Positions 54,501-62,162 of a stretch of 64,000 bases of DNA are shown one piece after another; the stretch's first letter is position 1; each line of letters starts with the position of its first letter. The notes below the pieces were generated by a model. The model was not told where the DNA came from and ran no database searches. It saw only the letters and a program-made list of their open reading frames with translations. The DNA is from an uncultured Candidatus Peribacteria bacterium (GTDB lineage Bacteria; Patescibacteriota; Gracilibacteria; Absconditabacterales; Absconditicoccaceae): positions 10,075-74,074 of the forward strand of contig CAYLWY010000001.1 of the NCBI GenBank assembly GCA_964387665.1. Reading direction: 5' to 3'. Made by a program: the position numbers and the translations under genes.

Positions 54501-55285
54501 CCGGTGAATACATATCCAGCAGGGCATGATTGAGGTTCACACCCCGTTACGGAATCACAAATATAACAATCGGGGCAATCTGCGTCAGTTAAGCAACCTG
54601 GATCTGGTACGCAATCTCCTAGAGAGTCCCGTACAAAACCAAAGCAACATTCGCATTCATTGCTTATACAACACTCGTTATCACCCGCACAATCACCAGT
54701 TCCGTTACATTCTACGCAATCACCACTTACAGGATCGCATACACCTTCTGGGCAAATCTTAGGCTCACAACCATCTGCCGAACAGACATAGCAAGGATCA
54801 CAATCAGAGTCCGTGAGACAATCTGAGCAACAACCTTTAGAGTCGACATTTGTCTTACCGGGAGGGCATTGGCAGTCTCCATTAACGCACACTTGATTGC
54901 AAGGGCAAGGTACCGTATCGTCACACTCTACACAATCTCCACCAGAGCAAAACTCTCCAGTCAAACATGTAGTAACGCATAGGTTATCTTGGCATACTTC
55001 GCAATCTGGGCAATCTGCGTCGACTTCGCATGGGCAAATTTTAATTCGCTCAGGCTCGCACTCGCCGCAGTCGTCGAGACAATCGATGATTACATAAACG
55101 CAAGGATCCGGGCAATCCTCCGGAATCTCTACCTTTAATATGGTAGTTCCGTCGGTTTGCTCGGTAAAGCATCTGACATCTGTACAATACGGCTCCTCCC
55201 AAGTTACGGAAGGCGTTGTACACAAATTACCGTTCTGGGATATGTCCTCTAGACGGATTTCGTAAATTTTGCGGTTGATGGCCAT
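51509..55285 (-). CDS. giant Cys-rich repeat protein (1258 aa), probable fibre/decoration protein
   Basis: About 500 aa of tandem Cys-rich modules are followed by a Cys-poor, Thr/Val/Ser-rich region that looks beta-rich. Confidence 0.85.
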   Translation of the reverse strand: MAINRKIYEIRLEDISQNGNLCTTPSVTWEEPYCTDVRCFTEQTDGTTILKVEIPEDCPDPCVYVIIDCLDDCGECEPERIKICPCEVDADCPDCEVCQDNLCVTTCLTGEFCSGGDCVECDDTVPCPCNQVCVNGDCQCPPGKTNVDSKGCCSDCLTDSDCDPCYVCSADGCEPKICPEGVCDPVSGDCVECNGTGDCAGDNECCISNECECCFGFVRDSLGDCVPDPGCLTDADCPDCYICDSVTGCEPQSCPAGYVFTGTFPCCQKECDCDAPACPGVENCIPIAGDVCVCTSCFGACDANVDCGEGCYCDNGQCKPNPCYGICHNGGDCGEGCGCFEGYCYPCESASCQTTECAQTSGCECVGINCAPSGCVGACLSSNDCGPGCGCYQGNCVSCEDLVCEGNQCAFAAGCDCIDNNCEPSPCKEACVNADNCDGVDCGCYGGECVKCQAYTCDSDPCPEGCYCDDGICMGNPCRNNYCENNGDCGINCFCEGGLCQPCPPENFDCGKEGCKDLLIVGKDDDTCELVATLSQKDCCSCEDLVIAVDFSTAAGPGYGATATTTLRVGNLGSDDWNDLPLLTTVLDPSGNPVLPTAVDIRLRRTVYFTNGSEQTTSINISSDLIGDDTSVRNFTHAFPGFDPLGNPTGISKVVYFFTGSLTLANQCEYQLQGDTIVFESLGLQNFTQFIAAFDAADMGLQFTKVTQCRAPLFVFQKGTTQALATSNAAFHYEYGTAVIPPSPTDQKIWVAKADLAEGISYNQYHRVSVDCGCATPALYSCYGPGELPTKLVFCHLEDSDLLYTIDPATNCTEFDFDSDITITCDVMAAGNPQYRVLVNGAVLNSVPVVTAAAGTIPLVALGTIVSPSPVTSVGLRLVEDVCHICDIDVPGDCERFEGVFSMSKASCDISGTFSVTITTNAGPLVQQSYDILDTVPASLASGTFYGPTVTITGITDPVSPEPITVNVVRLSDSVGITDTQLLDPAGSSAAAKLLLNTGCSGSTAYVRGTNNFGSSATLQVFAAGTLTSLGSANVAPGGTGTVTFPENTLVDITFSLNADPTCAVTDTNVTLNCCGNLEVGDFLVEQECIEATQIRLTLTNNSAITTIFEVKNPSGTVIATKTITASSSGLQTVTKTLDGTYSVTVRSASTSGCDDLLLTTFNFDDCCEDITDQVTLAIECRSGNGPGAVGTLVVTNGTVGPKAMQVYLIVGTSATLLYNGTAPVFEYTPPTAPSSASIRIVVDGCEKTEAVFFNCEQ
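53696..55198 (-). repeat. array of Cys-rich modules (consensus about C-x3-4-[DN]-C-G-x-[GN]-C-x-C-x2-G-x-C-x2-C)
   Basis: Examples are ACDANVDCGEGCYCDNGQC, ICHNGGDCGEGCGCFEGYC, ACLSSNDCGPGCGCYQGNC, ACVNADNCDGVDCGCYGGEC and YCENNGDCGINCFCEGGLC. By eye, roughly a fifth to a quarter of residues are Cys. Confidence 0.8.
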
Positions 55286-55288
55286 AGT

Positions 55289-56266
55289 TTATAAATCTAG
55301 GACGTTAAAGTCACAAGAAAAGATATCTTCTGTTAGTTCACTTAAATCTAAGTCGTTATATAGGTGGACTGATGTAGTCCCTACTGTCAAAACTGGGCAT
55401 AATTTCTTGGCGTCATAACTTACAGTCAAACCACATGAAACCAGTTTTGCAATTATGTCGGTAGTCATGTTACACGCTAAGAGTGATACATAAGTACCGA
55501 AATCAAGATTACATTTGGTTTGCTTTATCAGGAGGTTGTAGGCTAATTTACACTCCGCGGCTTGTTCTACTGTAAGTCCGTAAGATAAACACTTATCTAA
55601 ATCTATCTTTCTGATTGACTTAAGTACCGTTAAGTCGCACTCCACCGGTTTGGCTGTCCAAACTACATCGTAACAGTTTTCCTGCGTATTGATACTGTAT
55701 GCTTTAATCGCATACATTACAGAACACTTATCTAAAGTGCTTGTGGAGATTGTGTAGACTAACTTGCAAACTTCAGCTAAAGTGGTTACTTTTTCTACAC
55801 GTATTCCGAGGGTTGGGCAAGCCTTTCTAAAGGACTTTTCCCACTCTTCGTAAACAACGCAGCTGGTGTTAAGTAAGTTCCATTCGTCTTGCCCGGATTT
55901 GTCAATTATAAGATCCCTCCTTTGAGGGTCTTTACAACACGAAAGCCCTACTATACTCTGCGCCGCCTCGAGGATTGTTTGAATCTCGTTGGGGCATAAG
56001 CATGTAGGGTATCCATTTCGTAATGCATCAATGTGGGTTTTTAAAGCTCTTCGATATACGTAAAGTCTATTTTTCGCTATCGGTTTTTTCTGGGAGTACC
56101 CCCATCGCATCTCACAAACAGTCTGCTCTAAATTCTCGGAAAGCTTATAATTTACTGCGTAAAGTACCTCTTCTATTTTCGATAACCGATGGTCGTAACA
56201 ACCGGGACAATCATTGCAGGTTTTGCAACAACTATTAGTGTTAACATCCGCATGATCCACAGTCAA
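55289..56266 (-). CDS. Cys-periodic virion protein (325 aa)
   Basis: The N terminus carries NSCCKTCNDCPGC. Single Cys residues then recur about every 12-20 aa. The start is non-ATG (TTG 56266 or GTG 56260) and uncertain. Confidence 0.6.
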   Translation of the reverse strand: MTVDHADVNTNSCCKTCNDCPGCYDHRLSKIEEVLYAVNYKLSENLEQTVCEMRWGYSQKKPIAKNRLYVYRRALKTHIDALRNGYPTCLCPNEIQTILEAAQSIVGLSCCKDPQRRDLIIDKSGQDEWNLLNTSCVVYEEWEKSFRKACPTLGIRVEKVTTLAEVCKLVYTISTSTLDKCSVMYAIKAYSINTQENCYDVVWTAKPVECDLTVLKSIRKIDLDKCLSYGLTVEQAAECKLAYNLLIKQTKCNLDFGTYVSLLACNMTTDIIAKLVSCGLTVSYDAKKLCPVLTVGTTSVHLYNDLDLSELTEDIFSCDFNVLDL

Positions 56267-56753
56267 GGTGTTCTACTTTTTTCTTTAGTAACTTATAAAT
56301 ATCGCGAGCGGTTTCTACTTTGCCCAACTCCGCGTTGGTGTAGACGCCATCCAGCATCGTCTGTAGTTCTAGTATCTTTGAAAAGTCCTGCTCGTCTTTG
56401 GCTGCCGCTATAAGTGAAGTTATCCTACACTCTAACGTACATAAAACGGCTCTGGATATCGTGTATGAAATTCCACAACTCTCCGTTTTAAAACAGTAGA
56501 TTTCGTCAGGGAAGCAAAGGGGCTCTGCCGTTCCGAAAAAGCCCACAGTGCTAAATACATTTCTCTTCCCCGTTTCGATCTGTATAGAGATGTCTCGATT
56601 CCGAGATGGAACCGAGACTTCTACTGTTATAGTATCTGGAATTGCGTACCCAGCATCTTTTATCCACTTACTCTGGTCTTCGATTACCAAGGACTTGCAG
56701 TCCAAGTGCCGGAGCGACAGGTCGAAGTGGTTTTGAATACAGGCACAACTCAT
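56241..56753 (-). CDS. Cys-containing virion protein (170 aa)
   Basis: It starts MSCACIQ and ends LDCGSCGC. Confidence 0.6.
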   Translation of the reverse strand: MSCACIQNHFDLSLRHLDCKSLVIEDQSKWIKDAGYAIPDTITVEVSVPSRNRDISIQIETGKRNVFSTVGFFGTAEPLCFPDEIYCFKTESCGISYTISRAVLCTLECRITSLIAAAKDEQDFSKILELQTMLDGVYTNAELGKVETARDIYKLLKKKVEHLDCGSCGC

Positions 56754-56763
56754 ACATTAGTTA

Positions 56764-58293
56764 TTAGTCTTGCGTACAGGATACAACTGAGTCCTCGCAA
56801 AGTCCTAGTTTGACTAATTCAGTCAAGTAGGTTTCCCAAGAGGTACGGGTAGTCGTATCAGCCGAAGGGATTAGAATGAACGATGCATCAGTATTGCTCA
56901 CACTGAAAGCATTGTTAAACCTAAGATTCTTGGTCGCTGTAGACAAGATGTTGTATACACAATATGTGCGGTTACAAGCAATCGTTGTGTTGGAATCGCG
57001 AGAAGCGCTATCAGGAAGACCTATAATTCCGACCTTACGGTTAGAGTAACGATAGTCACGTCCCTGGCCACCATTGTGTTGGTACCTTTCGCGGTCCTGG
57101 TAGAAGTAACCAAATCCTTCTGGTAATACTTGATCACCAGCTTTGTACACTTCGAAGTTATCCTTAACCCAACCTTCTCCTATTTTCTGCACATCTAGTG
57201 TACGGCCATAGTAGTTAGGTACAGGAAGGTTAGCTGGCCAATCGCATAGACATTCTACGGTAATAGGATCTGCTACTAGGCGGAAACCGCAAGTAAGCGA
57301 AGTACCATGTACGGTGAATGGGTTGGATTGAACTGAAGGCGCAATCAAGTTATCTACTGGATCTACCCCGGCTCCGTCTAGCAAAATAATCGCGGCGCTA
57401 GAGCTGATTTGGATACAGTAAGGGCAACAACCATGAAGACCGTAGGTCATATGCGCATCACCTACACCGGCAGCAGAAAGAGCCTCTTTGATTTGCTCGA
57501 TAACTGCGGGCATTTGACCTACCAACGTATCGCCATTTGCGTCTACCGTTCCGACAAATTCAGTAACCTCACCTCCGATAGAAATACCTCCGATTCCGCC
57601 TGCTACTAAAGTACAGGTATCGCAATCAGCGTCTCCCAAATCAAAGCAATACTCTTTTAGGGAGTTCGCTGCGTTGTACAGAGGAAGTGCGCGGAATGGC
57701 TGATACTGTTGCTCAGCACGTCTGCGTTGGAACCAAACATGATCTGTTGGGTTGTCAGAGAAGTTGAAATTCAGTTGCTTAACAATCTGATCGCGAACTT
57801 CTACGCAAGGTACGTCCGTTTCGCAATCGTCGCAACCACCACACTCAGTTTGAGCCGTATAGATATACTTGGCACGTTCGTTTACGTTGTAACGCGAGCG
57901 GACTAAGGAATCATCCAAGCCTACCTGAATAGCATAGTTTTCATCACACTTGGTGCAATCGAAAAATACATCTTGTGCTTCGGGGGCTGCGCATTGAGGC
58001 GGGGTTGCCAGTGCGCTAAGCTTGGCGGTACAGAGATTGAACTCCTCACCAGCCAAGAACCGTAAAGAATCGGCCATCTGGCCCTCTTTACCTACACCTA
58101 CCGCAATAGATACGCGGTCTTGGGTAAGAACCGAAGCCGCAGCTACGGTTAGGTTTGTTTTCGGGTTAAATACTACTAGCTCGCCTGTGTATACATTTAA
58201 CCTGCCTGAAGGCAAGTAAACTTCTTCGCCGGCTGCTTTGACCACGCGATCACCACTGGTGGCTAGATAGGTGTAACGATTAAATTGGGCCAT
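56764..58293 (-). CDS. structural protein (509 aa), Cys-rich
   Basis: Long ORF starting MAQFNRYTY and containing clusters such as ECGGCDDCETDVPC and HGCCPYC. Confidence 0.7.
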   Translation of the reverse strand: MAQFNRYTYLATSGDRVVKAAGEEVYLPSGRLNVYTGELVVFNPKTNLTVAAASVLTQDRVSIAVGVGKEGQMADSLRFLAGEEFNLCTAKLSALATPPQCAAPEAQDVFFDCTKCDENYAIQVGLDDSLVRSRYNVNERAKYIYTAQTECGGCDDCETDVPCVEVRDQIVKQLNFNFSDNPTDHVWFQRRRAEQQYQPFRALPLYNAANSLKEYCFDLGDADCDTCTLVAGGIGGISIGGEVTEFVGTVDANGDTLVGQMPAVIEQIKEALSAAGVGDAHMTYGLHGCCPYCIQISSSAAIILLDGAGVDPVDNLIAPSVQSNPFTVHGTSLTCGFRLVADPITVECLCDWPANLPVPNYYGRTLDVQKIGEGWVKDNFEVYKAGDQVLPEGFGYFYQDRERYQHNGGQGRDYRYSNRKVGIIGLPDSASRDSNTTIACNRTYCVYNILSTATKNLRFNNAFSVSNTDASFILIPSADTTTRTSWETYLTELVKLGLCEDSVVSCTQD

Positions 58294-58298
58294 GTTTC

Positions 58299-59015
58299 TT
58301 AAAGATTAGGTTCTATTTGAAGAATTTTAGTTAATTGCATTTGCATTTCTTTCTGGTCTCCGATATCGGTTCGTCCTAACAATACTGCTATATCTACTAT
58401 TTTTCGATAAGCGAATGTGTTGTCAAGCTCCAGATCTACATCCTTTTTTTGAATTACCCCGTTCCAGTCTTCGTACTCCTTTTTAGTAGTCATCGACGGT
58501 GCGTGTAATTCTGCCGGTTTACGATAGTAATCTGTGTAGACTTCTTCTACAACAAAATCACCTCCGTGATATAAGTAAAGACCTTCTTTACCCTCGTCGC
58601 CTATCAGATGCTCCCATTCAAAAGAAGATCTCCAATTTGCATTTTTTAATGCCCTACTCAAGTCGTCTGTCGCCATTTTAATGACTGGGACTATCTTTTT
58701 AGGGCAACCTTCCCTGGATATCAACGCAGTAGATCGTAAGATTTGAAAATAATCTTTAGGATACTCCGCAATAGCCATTTCTGGTAAATGCTTTTTGATC
58801 TTGAGCTTTCGCTCTTTCTCTTCTAAAGGTCGCAACTCTTCCCGAACAGTGGAATTAATTTCAGCGAGCTTTACCCGGTTTTCAAAGAATATCTGAACAG
58901 CTTCATTAAGCAGGCTCAGTTTGTGTTCTAGTCGTAACTTGGCTTTATTTTGCCCGGCGAATCTATCAAATCTTCGGTCGAACTCTACTATAAGCCTAGA
59001 TGTCTTTATTGGCAT
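58299..59015 (-). CDS. hypothetical structural-module protein (238 aa)
   Basis: Track ORF, tightly packed. Confidence 0.65.
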   Translation of the reverse strand: MPIKTSRLIVEFDRRFDRFAGQNKAKLRLEHKLSLLNEAVQIFFENRVKLAEINSTVREELRPLEEKERKLKIKKHLPEMAIAEYPKDYFQILRSTALISREGCPKKIVPVIKMATDDLSRALKNANWRSSFEWEHLIGDEGKEGLYLYHGGDFVVEEVYTDYYRKPAELHAPSMTTKKEYEDWNGVIQKKDVDLELDNTFAYRKIVDIAVLLGRTDIGDQKEMQMQLTKILQIEPNL

Positions 59016-59914
59016 TTGTCTAAAATCTCGTCTAAGATATCCGCATTTTCGACGTTTCCTAAGTATTCCCGAACTTCAGATAGGTTTTTACCTAACGTTA
59101 TTTGTCCAAATTTATACTTACCGTCTTTAGCTTTATTGATAACCCGAGATTGACGTGCTCTTTCAATAAGTCCTTGTAAGTTTAGGTCTTCGGAGGTTGT
59201 TGTAGCTAACCGCAAGAATGCTTCTATGTTAGTTTCCAATCCACCGGTTACGTTACGAAGGTTTTTCTCTTCAGTAATCCTGCGGAATAAAGTATTTTTA
59301 ACTACTTTAGGGTCCGGATTCTTTGAGTCAATACCCATTGCTCTCAAAATATTGACCTGCTTCTCGTAGTCCATAGCATTTAGCAACTCAGCTGCTTTCA
59401 TACTCTGATCAGTTGCTTGGTCAATTTTCGCAACGTTCTCCTCTGCTTTTGCAATTGTAAATCTTACGTTTGCTGCAATAGCCGGGTTTACTTCGTCTCC
59501 CAGCATTTTAAACTGAGGATCTGATTCAAAACATTTGATGAAAAACTTATCTCTTGGGTTCTCATCATCTAGAGTCGCGCTCATGTTTTCCATGTACAGA
59601 CTCGTGCTAACATGCTTCCAAAAGGGCGCGGACTCGTTAGTCAGAGGTGCATCTACGATCTGGGCACCGTTATCTTCATACAAGTGCATTTCCTTTACCA
59701 ACGCATTTAGTTCCTCCTGAGATAGGTTTACTAAATAGCGCCGCTTTCGGAGGCTATATTTTGGACGATACACTCTGGAGGCTCCTGGAACTGTTGGCTG
59801 TGTATATTTGCCTTCGTCCACAATCTCTCCCTCTGCGGTAATTCTCCGTTTTTCAGGAGTACCTTTTACCGACATGAATGTATTCTTCTTTGTGTAGTTT
59901 ACTGTATATAGCAT
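59006..59914 (-). CDS. hypothetical structural-module protein (302 aa)
   Basis: Track ORF. An alternative start is MSVKGTPEK, 13 codons downstream. Confidence 0.65.
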   Translation of the reverse strand: MLYTVNYTKKNTFMSVKGTPEKRRITAEGEIVDEGKYTQPTVPGASRVYRPKYSLRKRRYLVNLSQEELNALVKEMHLYEDNGAQIVDAPLTNESAPFWKHVSTSLYMENMSATLDDENPRDKFFIKCFESDPQFKMLGDEVNPAIAANVRFTIAKAEENVAKIDQATDQSMKAAELLNAMDYEKQVNILRAMGIDSKNPDPKVVKNTLFRRITEEKNLRNVTGGLETNIEAFLRLATTTSEDLNLQGLIERARQSRVINKAKDGKYKFGQITLGKNLSEVREYLGNVENADILDEILDKCQ

Positions 59915-59948
59915 ATTGTTTTATGTTTTTAGTTATGTCGTATTTTAC

Positions 59949-60242
59949 TTAGCTTTTACAACCTTTCGACTTTATTTTTCCGCCACGTTTGTAATTAGGG
60001 GGCAATACTCTATCTTCTAGTTTTGGTACTTTTAGCCCTTTCGTTGTTACGTTTGGTATCTTAGGTACTTTTGGTCGTTCTTTACTTGTGGGTAAGACCC
60101 TGTCTTCTAGTTTTGGAGCTTTAGGGCCCTTCGTAGTACTGTCGGGTAGTTTTGGTAACTTCGGACGTCCTCCAGATTGCATCTTCGGAGGCTTGGTAGC
60201 TGTCTTTTTACTAGCGACTTTTTTTGTAGGCTTCCCTCGCAT
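59949..60242 (-). CDS. very basic Lys/Pro-rich protein (97 aa) with internal 30-aa tandem repeat
   Basis: RPKLPKLPDSTTKGPKAPKLEDRVLP and RPKVPKIPNVTTKGLKVPKLEDRVLP form the repeat. The ORF overlaps the upstream 49-aa ORF. Confidence 0.65.
   Translation of the reverse strand: MRGKPTKKVASKKTATKPPKMQSGGRPKLPKLPDSTTKGPKAPKLEDRVLPTSKERPKVPKIPNVTTKGLKVPKLEDRVLPPNYKRGGKIKSKGCKS
60000..60167 (-). repeat. 90-nt tandem coding repeat (2 copies)
   Basis: This is the DNA counterpart of the 30-aa repeat. It is visible as cttctagttttgg...tt(t)agg/gcc motifs spaced 90 nt apart. Confidence 0.7.
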
Positions 60243-60360
60243 TTGTATTAGATTTAGAAGTCTGTTCTACTTTGGCGGCTTTGGCTTTAGCCCGACTTTC
60301 AGCTTTTGCTGCTCGAAGGGCTCTTGCCTTAGCGCATGGAGAACAATTAGTAGCTGCCAT
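60211..60360 (-). CDS. very basic Ala/Lys-rich protein, 49 aa (MAATNCSPCAKARALRAAKAESRAKAKAAKVEQ...)
   Basis: ATG 60360-60358 overlaps the TAA of the upstream ORF (TAATG). It is below the track cutoff. Confidence 0.5.
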   Translation of the reverse strand: MAATNCSPCAKARALRAAKAESRAKAKAAKVEQTSKSNTNAREAYKKSR

Positions 60361-60593
60361 TACTTTTTCTTTGCAACAGGTTTCTTAGTTACGGGCGTCT
60401 TTTTAGCTGGTGGTTTATATGGCGTAGAAAACGGGAGTGGTCCGGCGTTTCTCGCGGACTCTAAGTCACGCTTACGCTTTGATTCCTGCATCTGCGCCTT
60501 CTTCTTCTTCTTGGCAGCACGTTCCTTACGGTCGTTATCCCAATCGAATCCAACGGTATATCCGCCATATTGCTTCTTGGTCGCTTTCGCCAT
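60360..60593 (-). CDS. very basic Lys-rich protein (77 aa)
   Basis: Track ORF 60360..60617, trimmed to the ATG that overlaps the capsid gene TAA (TAATG). It ends PPAKKTPVTKKPVAKKK. Confidence 0.6.
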   Translation of the reverse strand: MAKATKKQYGGYTVGFDWDNDRKERAAKKKKKAQMQESKRKRDLESARNAGPLPFSTPYKPPAKKTPVTKKPVAKKK

Positions 60594-62149
60594 TACACAA
60601 TCGCTGGTTGGTACCAAATACAGAACCCTGGGTCTTTCATTACTAGGCCAAACATTTCTTCGTGGATGTACCAGTAAGCGTTCTCACGAGTACCTGCCGA
60701 AGCGAAACGTCCTGCAACATTAGAGCGTCCGAGAACTGGGCCCATTGGAGACCAAGTACCTACTGCGTAGCCGTATTGTGATACGTCTTCGTTCTTCAGA
60801 AGGTGTACATTCGAATCACGTCCGTCGCCATAACCAAAGTTAAACACGATAAACTGATAGGAAGTAACTGGTAAGCCATTATAAGTACGAGTCTCAACTT
60901 GCTCAGAGTCTAGGAAAGGTAGGTAGTGTACACGAACCAAACCAAAAGGCTCGATAAATGCAGCACGATACTGACGTGCTCCGATAGCAACTCCTTTACG
61001 ACCTGAGAACAAGGCCTCTTCGTTTCCGTAGTTTAGTTCGGCTGTTTGGAGTACGCCGGCAACGTCTGCCTTCTCGCACCATTTCTGCCATAAAATCAAA
61101 CCACCTGTACCGGTGTAGATATCAACTCTACGGTTTTCGGGGTCTACTTTATCGTGCCATAGGCTAGGTAGGTGTTCGCGGAACATATCGATGCCGCCAC
61201 CGGTGATAGAGTATTCGTATATTCGGCTAGATTCTAGGAATTCGAATAAACCAGGACCTGCCTGAAGGGGTTTTTCGGTAATGCCATCGAGGAATTTACC
61301 AGCAAATCTACCAGCGCTACGACCGTACGTCAACCACAAGTCTTTCTGGTGGTTTACGGCAGCCATAAATTTAAGCTCCAGAGAGTTGACGAGAACGTCA
61401 GCACCTCCCAACGGAGTTTTAACATCAGCTTGATCACGTGGTTGTAGACGGTAGTTCTTGGACGCCAAGTGGGCGTTGTCTGTAATCTTCATCTCCCAAC
61501 CCATACGGGTCATTGGTACTTCGAATTCGATAAACGCCTCGCCGTCCCCGAAGTGGATATTACCACGCTCCATAGTAGCCTCGCCAATCAAAGATCCGAC
61601 CTGCAACAGGCGGGTTCCTAAGTCAAGGTATTCCAATGGGAAGTAAGCGGATGGGTTATCATCGAATAGGCGTACCTCGTATTTCCAAGCGGTTCCATCG
61701 GGGATGGCCTCAGATATTACTAAGATAGGTACTTCACGCAGTCCTTCAAAGATCAAAAGATCGTTAGGACCAAACCATTCTACGTCCAAACCGATTTCAA
61801 AAACGTTACTATGACGGCCTACGTATTCGTTTCCGGCTTCGTAGTTTTTGATAAAAGTTGCACGGATGTCGCCGGGGTTAGTATAAAGGCGCCATTGAAT
61901 ATAGCGGCTCTTTGTATTAACTACACGCGCATTTGATTCAAATACTCGCATAAGGTTACCATCTTTATCGATGATGTTACCTCTTGAGTATGAGGAAATC
62001 TGACGCCTAGCGGGGTCCAGTGTTTCATAGTCAATCAAGTTTGGGTACACTTCAAAAAGCGCCCGCTCGTCTACCAGCTTATTAAAGTACTGGTGTTGAT
62101 TGATGTCCTCTTCGTAAATTTTGAATTTGGATTCGACTACGTTAGCCAT
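60593..62149 (-). CDS. probable major capsid protein (518 aa)
   Basis: The call is positional: it lies immediately downstream of the scaffold-like gene in a portal-scaffold-capsid order. The ORF is long with few low-complexity regions. No motif-level proof is available. Confidence 0.5.
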   Translation of the reverse strand: MANVVESKFKIYEEDINQHQYFNKLVDERALFEVYPNLIDYETLDPARRQISSYSRGNIIDKDGNLMRVFESNARVVNTKSRYIQWRLYTNPGDIRATFIKNYEAGNEYVGRHSNVFEIGLDVEWFGPNDLLIFEGLREVPILVISEAIPDGTAWKYEVRLFDDNPSAYFPLEYLDLGTRLLQVGSLIGEATMERGNIHFGDGEAFIEFEVPMTRMGWEMKITDNAHLASKNYRLQPRDQADVKTPLGGADVLVNSLELKFMAAVNHQKDLWLTYGRSAGRFAGKFLDGITEKPLQAGPGLFEFLESSRIYEYSITGGGIDMFREHLPSLWHDKVDPENRRVDIYTGTGGLILWQKWCEKADVAGVLQTAELNYGNEEALFSGRKGVAIGARQYRAAFIEPFGLVRVHYLPFLDSEQVETRTYNGLPVTSYQFIVFNFGYGDGRDSNVHLLKNEDVSQYGYAVGTWSPMGPVLGRSNVAGRFASAGTRENAYWYIHEEMFGLVMKDPGFCIWYQPAIV

Positions 62150-62162
62150 ATTTTTAGATTAA

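Noticed and set aside
60211-60242. Programmed frameshift or transcriptional slippage at the A7 run (TACAAAAAAAGT) could fuse the 49-aa ORF to the 97-aa ORF.
   Set aside because: The downstream frame is +1, not the classical -1. There is no X-XXY-YYZ context, and the 97-aa ORF has its own ATG inside the overlap. Two overlapping genes is the simpler reading. Slippage cannot be excluded without RNA or protein data.
60088-60723. A 211-aa plus-strand ORF lies opposite the basic mini-protein genes.
   Set aside because: It is antisense to three coupled minus-strand genes and to the capsid gene end. Its low-complexity Phe/Gly/Ser-rich translation mirrors the Lys/Pro/Ala codons on the other strand.
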